Below, piece by piece: positions 1-11,955 of a stretch of 62,622 bases of DNA. Source of the stretch: Octopus bimaculoides (Eukaryota). Within the stretch, counting starts at the first letter, position 1. Each line of letters begins with the position of its first letter. The notes under the pieces are model-generated. The model was not told where the DNA came from, made no database searches, and saw only the letters and a program-made list of their open reading frames with translations. Position numbers and translations under genes: made by a program. Location of the stretch: positions 14,771,909-14,834,530 of the forward strand of contig NC_069005.1 of NCBI RefSeq assembly GCF_001194135.2, read 5' to 3'.

Positions 1-33
<33 letters not shown>

Positions 34-252
34 ATATGTTTGTGTGTCTGTGTTTGTCCCCCCAACATCGCTTGACAACCGATGCTGGTGTGTTTACGTC
101 CCCGTAACTTAGCTGTTCATCTAAAAGAGACCAATAGAACAAGTACTAGGCTTACAAAGAATAAGTCCAGGGGTCGATTAGCTCGACTAAAAAAAGGCGG
201 TGCTCCAGCAAGGCCACAGTCAAATGACTGAAACAAGTAAAAGAGTAAAAGA
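1..252 (+). mobile_element. tRNA-derived SINE family A, 3' half (after central TA/TG microsatellite)
   Basis: TGTGTTTGTCCCCCCAACATCGCTTGACAACCGATG...GACTGAAACAAGTAAAAGAG recurs at 1730-1992, 52010-52230 and, reverse-complemented, at 4330-4480, 9840-10030 and 33990-34190. Confidence 0.85.
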
Positions 253-500
253 GTATCATCATTTAACGTTCGTTGTCCATGCTGGCATGGTTTGGACAGT
301 TTGACCAGGCTGGCTAGCACCAAACTCCAGTCTGATTTGGCATGGTTTTCTATAGCTGGATGCTCTTCCTAACGCCAACCACTCTGAGAATGTAATGGGT
401 GCTGTTACATTCCACTGGCATGAGTGCCATTTGCATGACACTGGTATCCTCCACAACTGCAATTTCTCTCAGCTTGATGAGTCTTCTTCTCAAGCATGAC
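253..500 (-). mobile_element. 5'-truncated RTE LINE 3' UTR/tail
   Basis: Reverse complement of the ...GAGTGGTTGGCGTTAGGAAG.GCATCCAGC...CCATGCCAGCATGG...GTTAAATGATGAT end that terminates the RTE at 38880-40210. Confidence 0.8.
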
Positions 501-576
501 ATAATGCCTTTGAATTACAGCTACAACTCATTTTGGCCTGCTGAGTGAACTGGGGCAAGATAAACCTTCAAGTGGC

Positions 577-627
<51 letters not shown>

Positions 628-1247
628 ACTAACTAACTAACTAGCTCTCTGTATGTATGTCTGTCTGTCTGTCTGACAGTTATTCTGTCTGTCTGTCTGA
701 CAGTTATTCTGTCTGTCTACCTCACTCTCTCTCTCCTTCTGTCTGTCAGTCTGTCTCTCAGCAAATACTTGTGGATGTTACTGTTATTTTTCCACACTTG
801 AAGGGAGAGGTAGAAATAAAAATAAAAATAAAAATTGGAGAGGAGGTATACTTGAAGTGAGTGGTAAAGCAAGAGAGAGGAGGGACAGAAATGGAGTGAG
901 ACAGAGAGTGAGTGGTGACTGAAAGGAAGGGGAAGTTCTAGAATGATCGACTGTTAGGTTTCTTTTCTTTCCCCCACCCTGGATACTTATCCGCCTTCTT
1001 TCATAGTTCTTCATGTCTTTAAGTTGGGAGGAAAGACTATGTTTTTTTTTCAGGCATGAGTAACATTTCCTCTACAAACTACAAACAAGCCCTCCCTCCT
1101 CTTTTTTTTCATACAAAAACTAATGCAAATTTTGAATGAGGCATAGCTGTGAAAAGAACTCAGAAAAATGGGTAATACCCCTTACAAAATGGATGGTGGA
1201 GAAAAGTTGCCAACAGGTAGCTACATGAAATTTAACTCTATACTTTA

Positions 1248-1992
1248 AAGGGTGTCTTCTACTATAGTCTCAGGCCAAGCAAAGCCCTGTGAGTGGATTT
1301 CATAGATGGAAACCGAAAGAAGCTCATCATATATATATATATATATANNNNNNNNNNNNTATAATATATGAATATATGCATATATCCATACATATATGTA
1401 CATACCTACATCTATATGTATACATACATGCATACATAGGTACAGGACATCAAGAAAAACATTAAACACAATGAGAAACGAATACAGATAACAAACTTTT
1501 TTTGAACAACGAAAAAAACAAACAGAGAAATGAGACATGCAACATAAAGAGTATATCCCTTCGTCAGTTGTCCCTGTTCTATCTACTCTGCGTTTCGAAG
1601 GCAAGGACAATACGCGACTTCGTTGGAACAGTCCTCCCCGCAAAGCAAATTAAATAAAATTTGGAATTTTTTGTGGTGGGTGAAAGTGTTAACAAGAACA
1701 GGACAGTGAGAACAAGACAGTAAAAACAGTATGTGTGTGTGTGTGTGTCTGTGTGTGCCTGTGTGTGTCTGTGTGTGTGTCTGTGTGTCTGTGTTTGTCC
1801 CTCCACCACCATCGCTTGACAACCGATGTTGGTGAGTTTGCAATCCCGTAACATAGCTGTTTGGCAGAAGAGACTGATAGAGTAAGCACCAGGCTTACAG
1901 GGAATAAATCCAGGGATCGATTTCTTTGACTAAAGGCAGTGCTCCAGCATGTCTACAGTCAAGTGACTGAAACAAATAAAAGAATAAAAGAA
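1248..1992 (+). mobile_element. SINE family A interrupted by a ~300 bp unclassified repeat
   Basis: Head segment GTGTCTTCTACTATAG...GAAACCGAAAGAAGC at 1253-1325, 3' half at 1730-1992; insert at ~1435-1730 sits in the central microsatellite. Confidence 0.75.
1435..1730. mobile_element. Unclassified ~300 bp interspersed repeat, possibly a Penelope-like terminal repeat
   Basis: Near-identical reverse-complement copy at ~17640-17935 and a diverged relative at ~6400-6670. The class assignment is inference. Confidence 0.55.
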
Positions 1993-2250
1993 TACCGGAA
2001 GAACATTCCGTACCACTAAACCAAGAAGGTTCTTTGAATATGTAGGATGTTTTTTAAGGCTAAATAGTAATTCTATTTACGTTTGCATAACTGAGATATT
2101 TTGATTGGATTATTTAGTTATTGGTTTTACACTTCTTTCAATATTCTGTAAGTGTCACAATATAGAAACATTTCTCATGGCACCAGCGCACAATTTACAG
2201 ATGCTTACATTTTTTATATTTTCCTTGAAGTTTTCACGGGTCCAGCTAGC

Positions 2251-2289
<39 letters not shown>

Positions 2290-2385
2290 CATAATAATGA
2301 TGATGATGATGATGATGATGATGAAGATAATAATAATCCTTTCTACTATAGGCACAAGGCTTGAAATTTGGGGGANNNNNNNNNN

Positions 2386-2424
<39 letters not shown>

Positions 2425-2452
2425 TAATAATAGGAATAACAACAAAAAAACG

Positions 2453-2940
2453 ATGGTATAGGCACATGCCAGAAAAGGTCACAGAAAATGAGAAAGCAAC
2501 CACACAGGTAGATAAATTAAGGCCAATAGGCCAGATATAGTTGTCAGAGATTACCAAGAAAAAAAAAATGCTTTCTAATCTCTGTATCAATACCAAAGAT
2601 GACACTGTTTCTCTAAAAGAAATGGAGAAACTTTCAAAATACAAAAATCTGGAAATAGAGGTAACTCAAACGTGGAGTCTAAAAACAGAAGCAATTCCTA
2701 TCATAGTAAGCCCATTAGGTATGATAAAAAAATATTCAGACAAATACATAACAAAAATCACCAGGACTAACAAGTATATATAACATACAGAAAATAGCAC
2801 TTCTAGGCACTGCCCACATTCTGCGTAAAACACTTTCAATACAGTAAAAATAAGAGCACCACAACAAACCACAGCACATACCCAAGGCACACAGAGCTGT
2901 GCTCGGTAGTGAAAGCACGTGATAAAAATAAGACTAGTGA
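2453..2940 (+). mobile_element. 5'-truncated R4/Dong-like non-LTR retrotransposon (C-terminal REL endonuclease)
   Basis: Frameshifted translation WYRHMPEKVTENEK...RPDIVV...KEMEKLSKYKNLEIEVTQTWSLKTEAIPIIVSPLGMIKK...QKIALLGTAHILRKTLSIQ* (stop 2845-2847) shows REL motifs; (AAT)n on both sides. Confidence 0.8.
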
Positions 2941-2962
2941 ATAATAATAATAATAATAATAA

Positions 2963-3162
2963 TTCTTTCTACTATAGGCATAAGGCCTGAAAGAAGAGTA
3001 GGCGATTACATCGACACCAGTGTTTCACTGGTACTTATTTTACTGACACAGAAAGGATGAATGGTAAAGTTGACCTCAGCAGAATTTAGCAGAACGTAGC
3101 AACAGGCGAAATACTGCTAAGCATTCCGTCCAGCATGCTAATGATTCTGCCAGCTTGCCACC
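2963..3162 (-). mobile_element. tRNA-derived SINE family B
   Basis: Reverse complement of GGTGGCAAGCTGGCAGAATC.TTAGCATGC...TTCTGCTAAATTCTGCTGAGGTCAACTTT...GCCTATAGTAGAAAGAATTATTATT. Confidence 0.8.
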
Positions 3163-3163
3163 T

Positions 3164-3712
<549 letters not shown>

Positions 3713-4329
3713 CTGCAGACAGCAGAGATTTTGTAATTTTGACAGAATTAACCAGAGCAAGTAAAATCGAGAACTCTGAGAAGTAAAATGATGTAATAAT
3801 AATGATGATGATGATGATGATGATGATGATAATTTTCCCTCATTTAATAAATTCAGACAAAATTTAATCAGATACACTGTGCCTGAAATGACTAAAATAA
3901 ACTAGAAGATCATGGTTGGAATGTCCTGTGATCATAGAATCTACTTAATCAGGACTGATCTTGGGGTAAAAACAACAGCAACAACAACTACAACAACGAC
4001 CACAAAATGTGGTAAGAAAACAATAAGTATTACAACAGCAACAACAGCAATCAAACAATAAACTTCATGACATTCTGCCAGTATCATGCACACATTGAAC
4101 TAGTCATTTAAGTCAACAAACCAGTCAACATAACTTTTACATGTTTTAATGACATGAAATATTCCAAAGCATCCCCCAAGACTGTTCTATTGCTTTCTTT
4201 GAAACTTTTGGGTTATTTGCATAAAGAATATTGTTAAAAGAATTTGGCAACTAGAGATCAATTTACCTTTTATCGTTTGCTTGTTACAGTCACTAGACTA
4301 CTGCCATGCAGGAGAACCACTTTGAATGG

Positions 4330-4675
4330 TTTAGCCACACAAATTGACCCCAGAACTCATTTTTTTAGGCTGACACTTATTCTATCAGTCTCTTTTGCTG
4401 AACTACAAAGTTACAGGGACATAAACAAACCAAAATCGGTTGTCAAACAGTGGTGGGGGATAAACATAGGCACAAAGTTACACAGACACATATACACATA
4501 TGCACATACATGTAGAAGAGAGGCTTCTTTCAGTTTCCATTTACCAAATTCACTCATGAGGTTTTGGTTGTCCCAGGCTGTAGTAGAAGACATTTGTCCA
4601 AGGTGCTGCACTGTGGGACTGAACCCAAGACCACATGACTGATAAGCAAGTTTCTTACCACACAGTCATGCCTGT
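4330..4675 (-). mobile_element. SINE family A, nearly full length
   Basis: GCTGTAGTAGAAGACATTTGTCCAAGGTGCTGCACTGTGGGACTGAACCC is the reverse of the head; 3' body at 4330-4480. Confidence 0.8.
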
Positions 4676-4923
4676 GAAGTATATGAAATGGTGGTGGTGG
4701 TGGTGGGGACAAATCTCTATATTTCAATGATGAAGATTTGACCAATAGAATTACCTGCTCTTAAATTAATGTGTAACTGGTTGAGTACTCTACAGAAATG
4801 TGCATACTTAATGTAATTCTGAAGCAGAATCAGTGTGACACAGTTCATGACAAGGTCGTACCTCTTGAATTTAACACTTATTTTATCAATTTCTATTTGT
4901 CCAATGACCTAGTTGTTGGATAC

Positions 4924-4952
4924 CTTTGTCAATTGTTCTGTATAGAGCTAAC
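4924..4952 (-). other. Candidate 29-nt internal exon (LALYRTIDK frame)
   Basis: Minus strand: branch-like CTGAT, ~25-nt pyrimidine tract, TTTTAG|GTTAGCTCTATACAGAACAATTGACAAAG|GTATCC. Only one frame is open. Confidence 0.3.
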
Positions 4953-5116
4953 CTAAAAGGTAAAAAGAAGATAGCAGAAAGATGTTGGTGATCAGTTTGG
5001 AATATTTCATATGATCACATTATGGAGTATCTAATGAGCAACGTTTGTCAAAATATTTGTTGGCTTTAATGACCAGTTCAGTGAGGGCACAACAGAAACA
5101 CAACTCAGGTTCATAA

Positions 5117-5426
5117 ACACACACACACACACACAAGTACATACATACACACATACATACATATACATATGTATATATACATATGCATATATACATATGT
5201 ATATATACATATACATACATATATGTATATATATATATGCATATATACATATGTATNNNNNNNNNNNNNNNNNNNNNNNNNNNNNNNNNNNNNNNNNNNN
5301 NNNNNNNNNNNNNNNNNNNNNNNNNNNNNNNNNNNNNNNNNNNNNNNNNNNNNNNNNNNNNNNNNNNNNNNNNNNNNNNNNNNNNNNNNNNNNNNNNNNN
5401 NNNNNNNNNNNNNNNNNNNNNNNNNN

Positions 5427-5462
<36 letters not shown>

Positions 5463-5464
5463 CA
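5117..5464. repeat. (CA)/(TA)/(TACA) compound microsatellite with N-gap 5257-5426
   Basis: Directly visible. Confidence 0.95.
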
Positions 5465-5864
5465 TATAATTTGTAAAATATAACTATCCTCTCTACTGTA
5501 CTTATCATCGTTACCATAACACTATCTGATGTCCATTAGAAATCTTACATTGTTATATAATCTCTGATGAATTGATAATGTAATCTGCTTTAAAAGTTTT
5601 TCCTTATTTAACAGATAGAACAGCTGTTATTGTTAATGAAATATGTGTAAGATAAAGTAACTAAATAACATGAATAAACTTCCCAGTTTCCCTTTTCTCT
5701 TATGTGTGTAGTCTGTTATCTTTCAAACAATGGAGAGTAGTGAAAGGAAATTTGAACTATTATAGATAAGTGCTTTTTGCAGTATTTTCTTTTGATAAAT
5801 ACAGAAACATATGAAGTTTTAAATATTAAATATATGCAATTTACCTCCACCCGCTATTGCTGTG

Positions 5865-6010
5865 ATGGTTGTTGGGATAGCTTCTGTCTACCAAATTCAC
5901 TCACAAGGCTTTGGTTGGCCTGAGGCTATGGTAGAAGACACTTGCCCAAGGGACCACAGTGGGAGTGAACCAGGAATCATGTGGTTGAGAAGCAAGCTTT
6001 TTACCACACA
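5865..6010 (-). mobile_element. SINE family A head fragment
   Basis: GCTATGGTAGAAGACACTTGCCCAAGG...GAACCAGGAATCATGTGG. Confidence 0.7.
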
Positions 6011-6399
6011 CCCACACCTGATATTTCTATATATTAATATATGTATGTATATGACTAATGCCATGCATCCATTTCCAAGTAAATTTATCTTAATCTTTTT
6101 GATGTGATTCTACTCTATATTGTTTTCTCTCCCATCCTTTTCTCTAATTCCCTTTTTCTTCCCTTCACTGTTTTCTATCTCTCTCTCTCCCTCTTTCTCT
6201 TTTTCTCTCTCTTGTTGCTCAGACAGGACCATCATCCATCTTTCTTTTCCTCACATGATCATCTTTCTCTTCCTTCAGGACTGTCTTAAGGACTGGACAT
6301 ATTCTATCTCTCTCTTCTATCTTTTATCTTTTCAAAGAAAATATTTCTCCAGCGTTTGCTATTCTATCCTTGTTCTGGTATAACAACCCTCCATGTTTG

Positions 6400-6670
6400 T
6401 TTTTGTTTGGTTTCCTTGAATGTCTCCAAAGTCCTGTTTTTGTTCCAAACTTTGACCCTCCATTAATCCAAAATTTTATTCTGGTATTTATGGGAGCAAC
6501 TGTCTTTGAAGACTCATAATGTCGTTCAATGCGTTAAATGAGGAGTAGATAGACAGGGTTGTTGTTTGTGTTACTTGTCCTGTTTTCCATTTGTTTCTCC
6601 CATTGTTTGTGTATTGAACTCATTTGTTTTCATAATTCATGTCGTTCACTGTTGGTGACGTCCTATACCC
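6400..6670. mobile_element. Diverged relative of the 1435-1730 repeat, abutting a (TG)n(CA)n tract
   Basis: Shares GGAGTAGATAGA and the GTCCT(A/G)TACC end motif with 17780-17935. Confidence 0.5.
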
Positions 6671-7204
6671 ATATATGCATGTGTGTGTGTGTGTGTATAC
6701 ACACACACACACACACACATGTAAATATAAAGCAATTGCATAAGTCCTTTCTGATACTTAAACACCTCTCTTCTGACATTTAACATTGTGAAACCATTGT
6801 GTTCCATGAAATCAGTTACTAAAGTTTCAATTTACAGTTAATAATGTTATCTCAGTGTTTGCCCAAATAAAGGGAATTATTTAAGATATTAAAAATTACT
6901 TATCTATGCTGAATAATCAAAGATATTACAGTTGTACATAACTAATGATCAAAGGTATTTATCTTACTTACTCACATTAAAGTACCTATTTAAGTCTAAT
7001 CATACAAAAGTGCATATTTAAAATTAATCACCTGAAAATACGTATCTAAAACTAATTACCTTAAAATACCCATTCCAGTTCTTGGCAGCTGAACTTAACT
7101 ATCAATTCCTGAGTACATTTATTGTCTAATAAGAATCTAGTGCACCACACAATTGCTCACAAGTTGATACCATAATATATGGTGAAACAAAACAGTGGGT
7201 TTTG

Positions 7205-7430
7205 GCATAAGACATTGGTTTCAAATTCTGGCACAATGCCAGCAATTTCGAGGGAGGGGCTAAGTAAATTGCATCGATTCCAGTTTTTAACTGGTGCCTA
7301 ATTTATCAACCCCAAAAGGATGAAAGGCAAAGCTGGTCCGACAGCATTTGAAGTCAGAACATAAAGACAGATGAAATGTCACTAAGCATTTTGCTGAGTG
7401 TGCCAACAATTCTGCTGGCTCACTGCCTTA
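7205..7430 (-). mobile_element. SINE family B
   Basis: CCCCAAAAGGATGAAAGGCAAAG...CAGAACATAAAGACAGATGAAATGTCACTAAGCATTTTGC. Confidence 0.75.
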
Positions 7431-7829
7431 AGTCTTGGCATAAGATATTGGTATGAACACTGTTCCTTAGTTTGTTGTCACCTTTTTGGCAGCCAGTAAG
7501 TGTAGAGGTGGCATGAAACAACACATGGCTAGGTAAGGTCTGTATGGACAGGCAGATGCTAATAAGCCTTGTAGACCACAAGACTATCCCAGAGTTTTAA
7601 ATCATTGTAAGAGCAGAGAGGAAGACAATCAGGCTGGTTGTATGGGGCAGAAAGTGTGGTTACTTATAGTAACTGTGTGGGACCTAAAGAGGAGAAGGAA
7701 AGGAAGTAACGTAACAGAGGAGCAGATAACAGTGGGGAAAGACACCTATTTCTGTTCATCTATTTACACTCTAACCTCTCATCATCTGGCACAAAGCCAC
7801 CTCCTTCAATACTACTCTCCACTCAGTTG

Positions 7830-8075
7830 AGGAGGGGTTTTGTCTTGCAGGTTACTTGGTGACCTCACTAATGCTAGTGTTACATTAAAAAAGAACCCTG
7901 TACACTCTGTAAAGGGTTGGTGTTAGGAAGGGCATCCAGTCATAAAAACCATGCCAAAGCAGACAGTAGGGTTTGGCGCAGTCTTCTGACTTGCCAGCCC
8001 CTGTCAACCCATCCAATCCATGCTAGCATGGAAGAAGGACAATAAATGATGATGATCAACATCATCATCATTGTC
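7830..8075 (+). mobile_element. RTE 3' tail fragment ending in (GAT)n
   Basis: GGTTGGTGTTAGGAAGGGCATCCAG...CCATGCTAGCATGG...ATGATGATG. Confidence 0.75.
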
Positions 8076-8529
8076 ATCATCGTCAACACCACCACCACCA
8101 GTGAGAGAGAGTGAAAGAGAGAGATAGAGAGAGTGAAGAAGAGAAAGAGAGAAGGAGAGAGAGGGAGTGAGAGAGAGCAAGAGTAAGAGAAGACAAGAGA
8201 AGTGGTGACAATGTGCCAAGGCATACTCTCATGCTACAAGAATGTGAATATAAATAGAATGGTAGAGGATTGCCCAGGAAGTTCACAAAAGTGCACAAAG
8301 AGGGGAGAGAGGGGAATGTAGTGAGTGGTGAAACACAGGTATAAGGGGGAACAATAGGAAAGCAATGATACAGTTGGCAAAGGGGAGCACAAGATTGAGC
8401 TGTAGAGAAGGAGAGAGAGAGAGAGAATGCATGAAGAAAAGGAGGTGAGGAGAGGAAGAGGACATATAGTTGGGTTCATAGGGGGTAGGGTCTATGAATT
8501 AATGATATATCTGGGTGGAAGACACAGTA

Positions 8530-9800
8530 CTACCAGAACCCGGATTTGCTGAGGTGAGTAGGCTTTCTCAAGACCCTCATATTGTGAAATATCTCAGTAC
8601 ATTGTCATCTCCTCCATGAGGGCCAACATCTTGAGATAGGCCCTCACTATTTCATCCCATGTTTTCTTGGGTCACTCTCTCTCTGACATGTGCAATCAAC
8701 ATTAAGTAATACAGCTGTCTTCATTCAAACGCATCACATGTCCAACCCAACAAAGTCTTCTCTCTTGCATGCTGCATCTGATTCCTCTTGTGTCCAACTT
8801 TTCTCTCAGCTCACTTGCACTTAGTTGTACATGCTCACTGATGTTTCACATCCATCACAGCATACTAGCTTCATACCTCTCTAATCTACATGCCTTCCTC
8901 ATTCAGGGCCCATGTCTCACTACCATGGAGCATAGCCATTTATACAGAAGCATTGTACAATCTACCTTTCATTCTGAGAGAAAGAGTTCTTTTGTTGCAA
9001 ACAGAGGTAATAGCTATCTGGACTTCTCCCATACAATTCTTATTCTAGCAACAATACTCTCAGAACATCTTCCACCATTGCTAGTTTAGTCACCTAGGTA
9101 ACAGAAACTATCTACAACCTCAAGGCTTTCTGGGCATTTGAGAGAGTCTAATTTCCTTGTGTTCTTAGTTCTTACTGTTCCTGCAGCTGCTACATACAAA
9201 AATAACTTTCTCTATTAACCCACCTGTGATTCCACTGCACCTCTTTTGTGCTCATATATTGCACTGATCTAACAAATGGAATTTCTTCCAGCACCTGATG
9301 GGAAGAGAAACTTATCTCTTATCTGTTTTCTTGCTAACATCAACTTTGGTCTTTGCTAGATTAATTTTAAGGCAATTTGATTCCAGGTTTTGCTTCCATA
9401 CCTGGAAGCTTTTCTCCAATTCTGAATAAAGATCAAGGTTATGAATGTATAGTAGTTCCTTTGAGCAGCCAGTTTCAAATTCCTCTGTTATGGCCTGGAG
9501 GACTATGATGAACAAAAGGAAACTAAGAACTCAGCCTCAGAGAATCCCTATGGCCCTTTGATTCCAGGTTGTGCTTCTATACCTGGAGGTTTTTCTCCAA
9601 TTCTGCATAAAGAACAAGGTCATGAATATATAGTAGTCCCCTTGAGTAACCAGTTTTAAATTCTTTTGTTATAGCCTGGAGGATTATGATGAACAAGAGG
9701 GAACTAAGAACTGAGCCTCAGTGAACCCATACTTGTACACTAAATTCATTCTTGTACTAATGGCCAAATCCCACCCTACTGACAGCACTGCTATACAGCA
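8530..9800 (-). mobile_element. Decayed RTE-clade LINE, RT domain to 3' end
   Basis: Minus-strand FIIVLQAITEEFETGCSKELLY...LKINLAKTK, then SESIVARIRIVWEK...KGRLY...MLHGSETW with stops; same family as 38880-39500. Confidence 0.85.
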
Positions 9801-9839
9801 GGGCTTGTATAGCTCTATGCTGAACTTGCAATGTATCTT

Positions 9840-10205
9840 TTTCCTTTTATCTTCTTTTTCTTTCAGTCATTGGACTGTGGCCATCCTGGGCACCAGCTTG
9901 AAGAATTTCTTCAATCAATGAATCAACCCCAGTACTTTTATTGGTCTCTTTTACTGAACCATTAGGTTACAAGGGTGCAAACACACCAACACCGGTTGTC
10001 AAGCGGTGGAGGGGGACAAACACAGACACATACACACACACACACACTGGATGCCTTTCAGTTTCTATCTACCAAATCCACTCACAAAAGTTTGGTCAGC
10101 CCAAAGCTATAGAAGATACTTGGCCAAGGTGCCATCCAGTGGGAGTGAACCCAGAACCATGTGATTGGGAAACAAGCTCCTTACCACTCAGCCATGCCTG
10201 CGCCC
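9840..10205 (-). mobile_element. SINE family A, full length
   Basis: Head at 10060-10205, (CA)n centre and 3' body all present. Confidence 0.8.
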
Positions 10206-10924
10206 ATATGTAGCTTTTTTTTTCGTTTTACTTGTTCATAGTATAATATTCTTGGCTCCAATCTGAAAAATAAGGTGAAGAATACTATTGCTCACTATAC
10301 TTTGCACCACTTCACTTGGACTGCCACAAGGTGGTTTGAGTGTGTGTGTGTGCGTATATGTGTGTATGCCTGTGTGTATGAGCATGCTTGTATGTGTGTG
10401 TGTAAAAATATGGGGCTGGGGGGGAGTGGGTGGATGGAGTTTGATAATTTTCATTCATTTTTCACAATCTGCTCTAAAGATAGAAAATTATCTAAGATAG
10501 AGAAAAAAAAAAGAGAGAGAGAGAGAGAGAAAGAAGGGGGTATAAAGAAAGAGTGTAAAACAGGGTGATTAAATAAAACTTTCCATTATCCATTAAAACA
10601 TTGCTGAAGTCAAAGTCCAATGGAAGACCAAACGTGAGGAAAACAAAATAAACAAAGAAACTAAAAAATGAATAGTTTTTGATTGTTATTCTTTCTCTGT
10701 TTGAAACAGCTTTGATTGGCTCAGTCACTACACAGACTGAAGATGATAGGATGAGGTGAAATTCTTATCATTAGACCTTGGAACCATTTATGTAGCTTTC
10801 AATGAAATATGTTTTACTATAATAAAATGGGTCATGAAATAAGTTAACGTCAACTACAGGTGACAATGTTATTAACAGAGGGTTTCTCTCAAAATATTCC
10901 TTACCTTGTACCATCATCATTGTC

Positions 10925-11300
10925 GTCATCTCATCATTATTTAACGTCCACTTTCCATGCTGGCATGGGTTAGACAGTTTGAGCTGGAGAACTGCATCAG
11001 GTTCCAGTCTGATTTGGCATGGTTTCTCTATGGCTGGATGCCCATCATAATGTCAACCACTCTGAGAGTGTAATGGGTGCTTTTTACATGCTCCCAACAT
11101 GGGTGTCATTTACATTAGACTGGCAACGGCCACAACTACAGTTACACTTGACTTGACATGTCTTCTCAAACACAGTGTATTGCCAAGGTCTTGGTCACTG
11201 GTCATTGCCTCTGTGAGGCCTAACATTCTTCTGAGTCTACCTCTTGTCCCATGTCTTCCTGGATCTGCCTCTTCCATAGGTTCCCTCCACATCCACATAG
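10925..11300 (-). mobile_element. RTE 3' end (last ORF codons plus tail)
   Basis: Translation DVEGTYGRGRSRKTWDKR (ORF 11237..11494) followed by the family tail. Confidence 0.8.
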
Positions 11301-11359
11301 ATATACATATATATATAAAGATAGAAATATACAGACATACATAAGATCATAAGCCACTG

Positions 11360-11832
11360 AGGCTGGTTTTGCTTTGAGGACAGCTGCATAAAGAAGTGCC
11401 AAGCTCTAATTGTAGAGGGAACCTGTGGAAGGAGTAGACCCAGGAAGATGTGGGACAAAGTGGTGAGAAAAGAACTTTGGATGCTGGGCCTCATTGAGGA
11501 TATGACAAAGGACCAGAAGTTGTCGTGATTTGCTGTACTTAAGAAAATATGTCAAGCTAAGTAAAATCGCTGTCATCCATGCATACAGGCTTGTCCTTTA
11601 CAGATGCTGGTACCACATATAATGCACTTATACCAGTGCAGTGTAAAAAAATCTGTGCCGGTGACACGTAAAAAGCACCCAACACACTCTGTAAAATGGT
11701 TGGCACTAGGAAGGACATCCATACATAGAAACCATGTCACAGCAGAAAATAGGTGTCTGGACAGCTCCCCAGCTGGCCAGCTCCTGTGAAACAATCCAAC
11801 CCATGGCAGCATGGAAAACGGATGTTAAATGA
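11360..11832 (+). mobile_element. RTE 3' end, opposite orientation to 10925-11300
   Basis: GTAGAGGGAACCTGTGGAAGGAGTAGACCCAGGAAGATGTGGGAC...CCATGGCAGCATGGAAAACGGATGTTAAATGATGATG. Confidence 0.8.
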
Positions 11833-11955
11833 TGATGATGATCCCTCCAGAATTAAGAAAATAAAGTACCAATCAAGTACTAAGACAGCTGTGATTATCT
11901 GTGACCTCCCTCAAAATATATATTACTTTGAGCCAACAACTAGAAGCCATTATTA

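Noticed and set aside
1540-1610. Hammerhead ribozyme (GAAAC...GUA...CUGACGA on the minus strand; also 17770-17830)
   Set aside because: Core words are present in type II order, but stems I and II do not pair adjacent to the core. An Infernal search would be needed to revive the idea.
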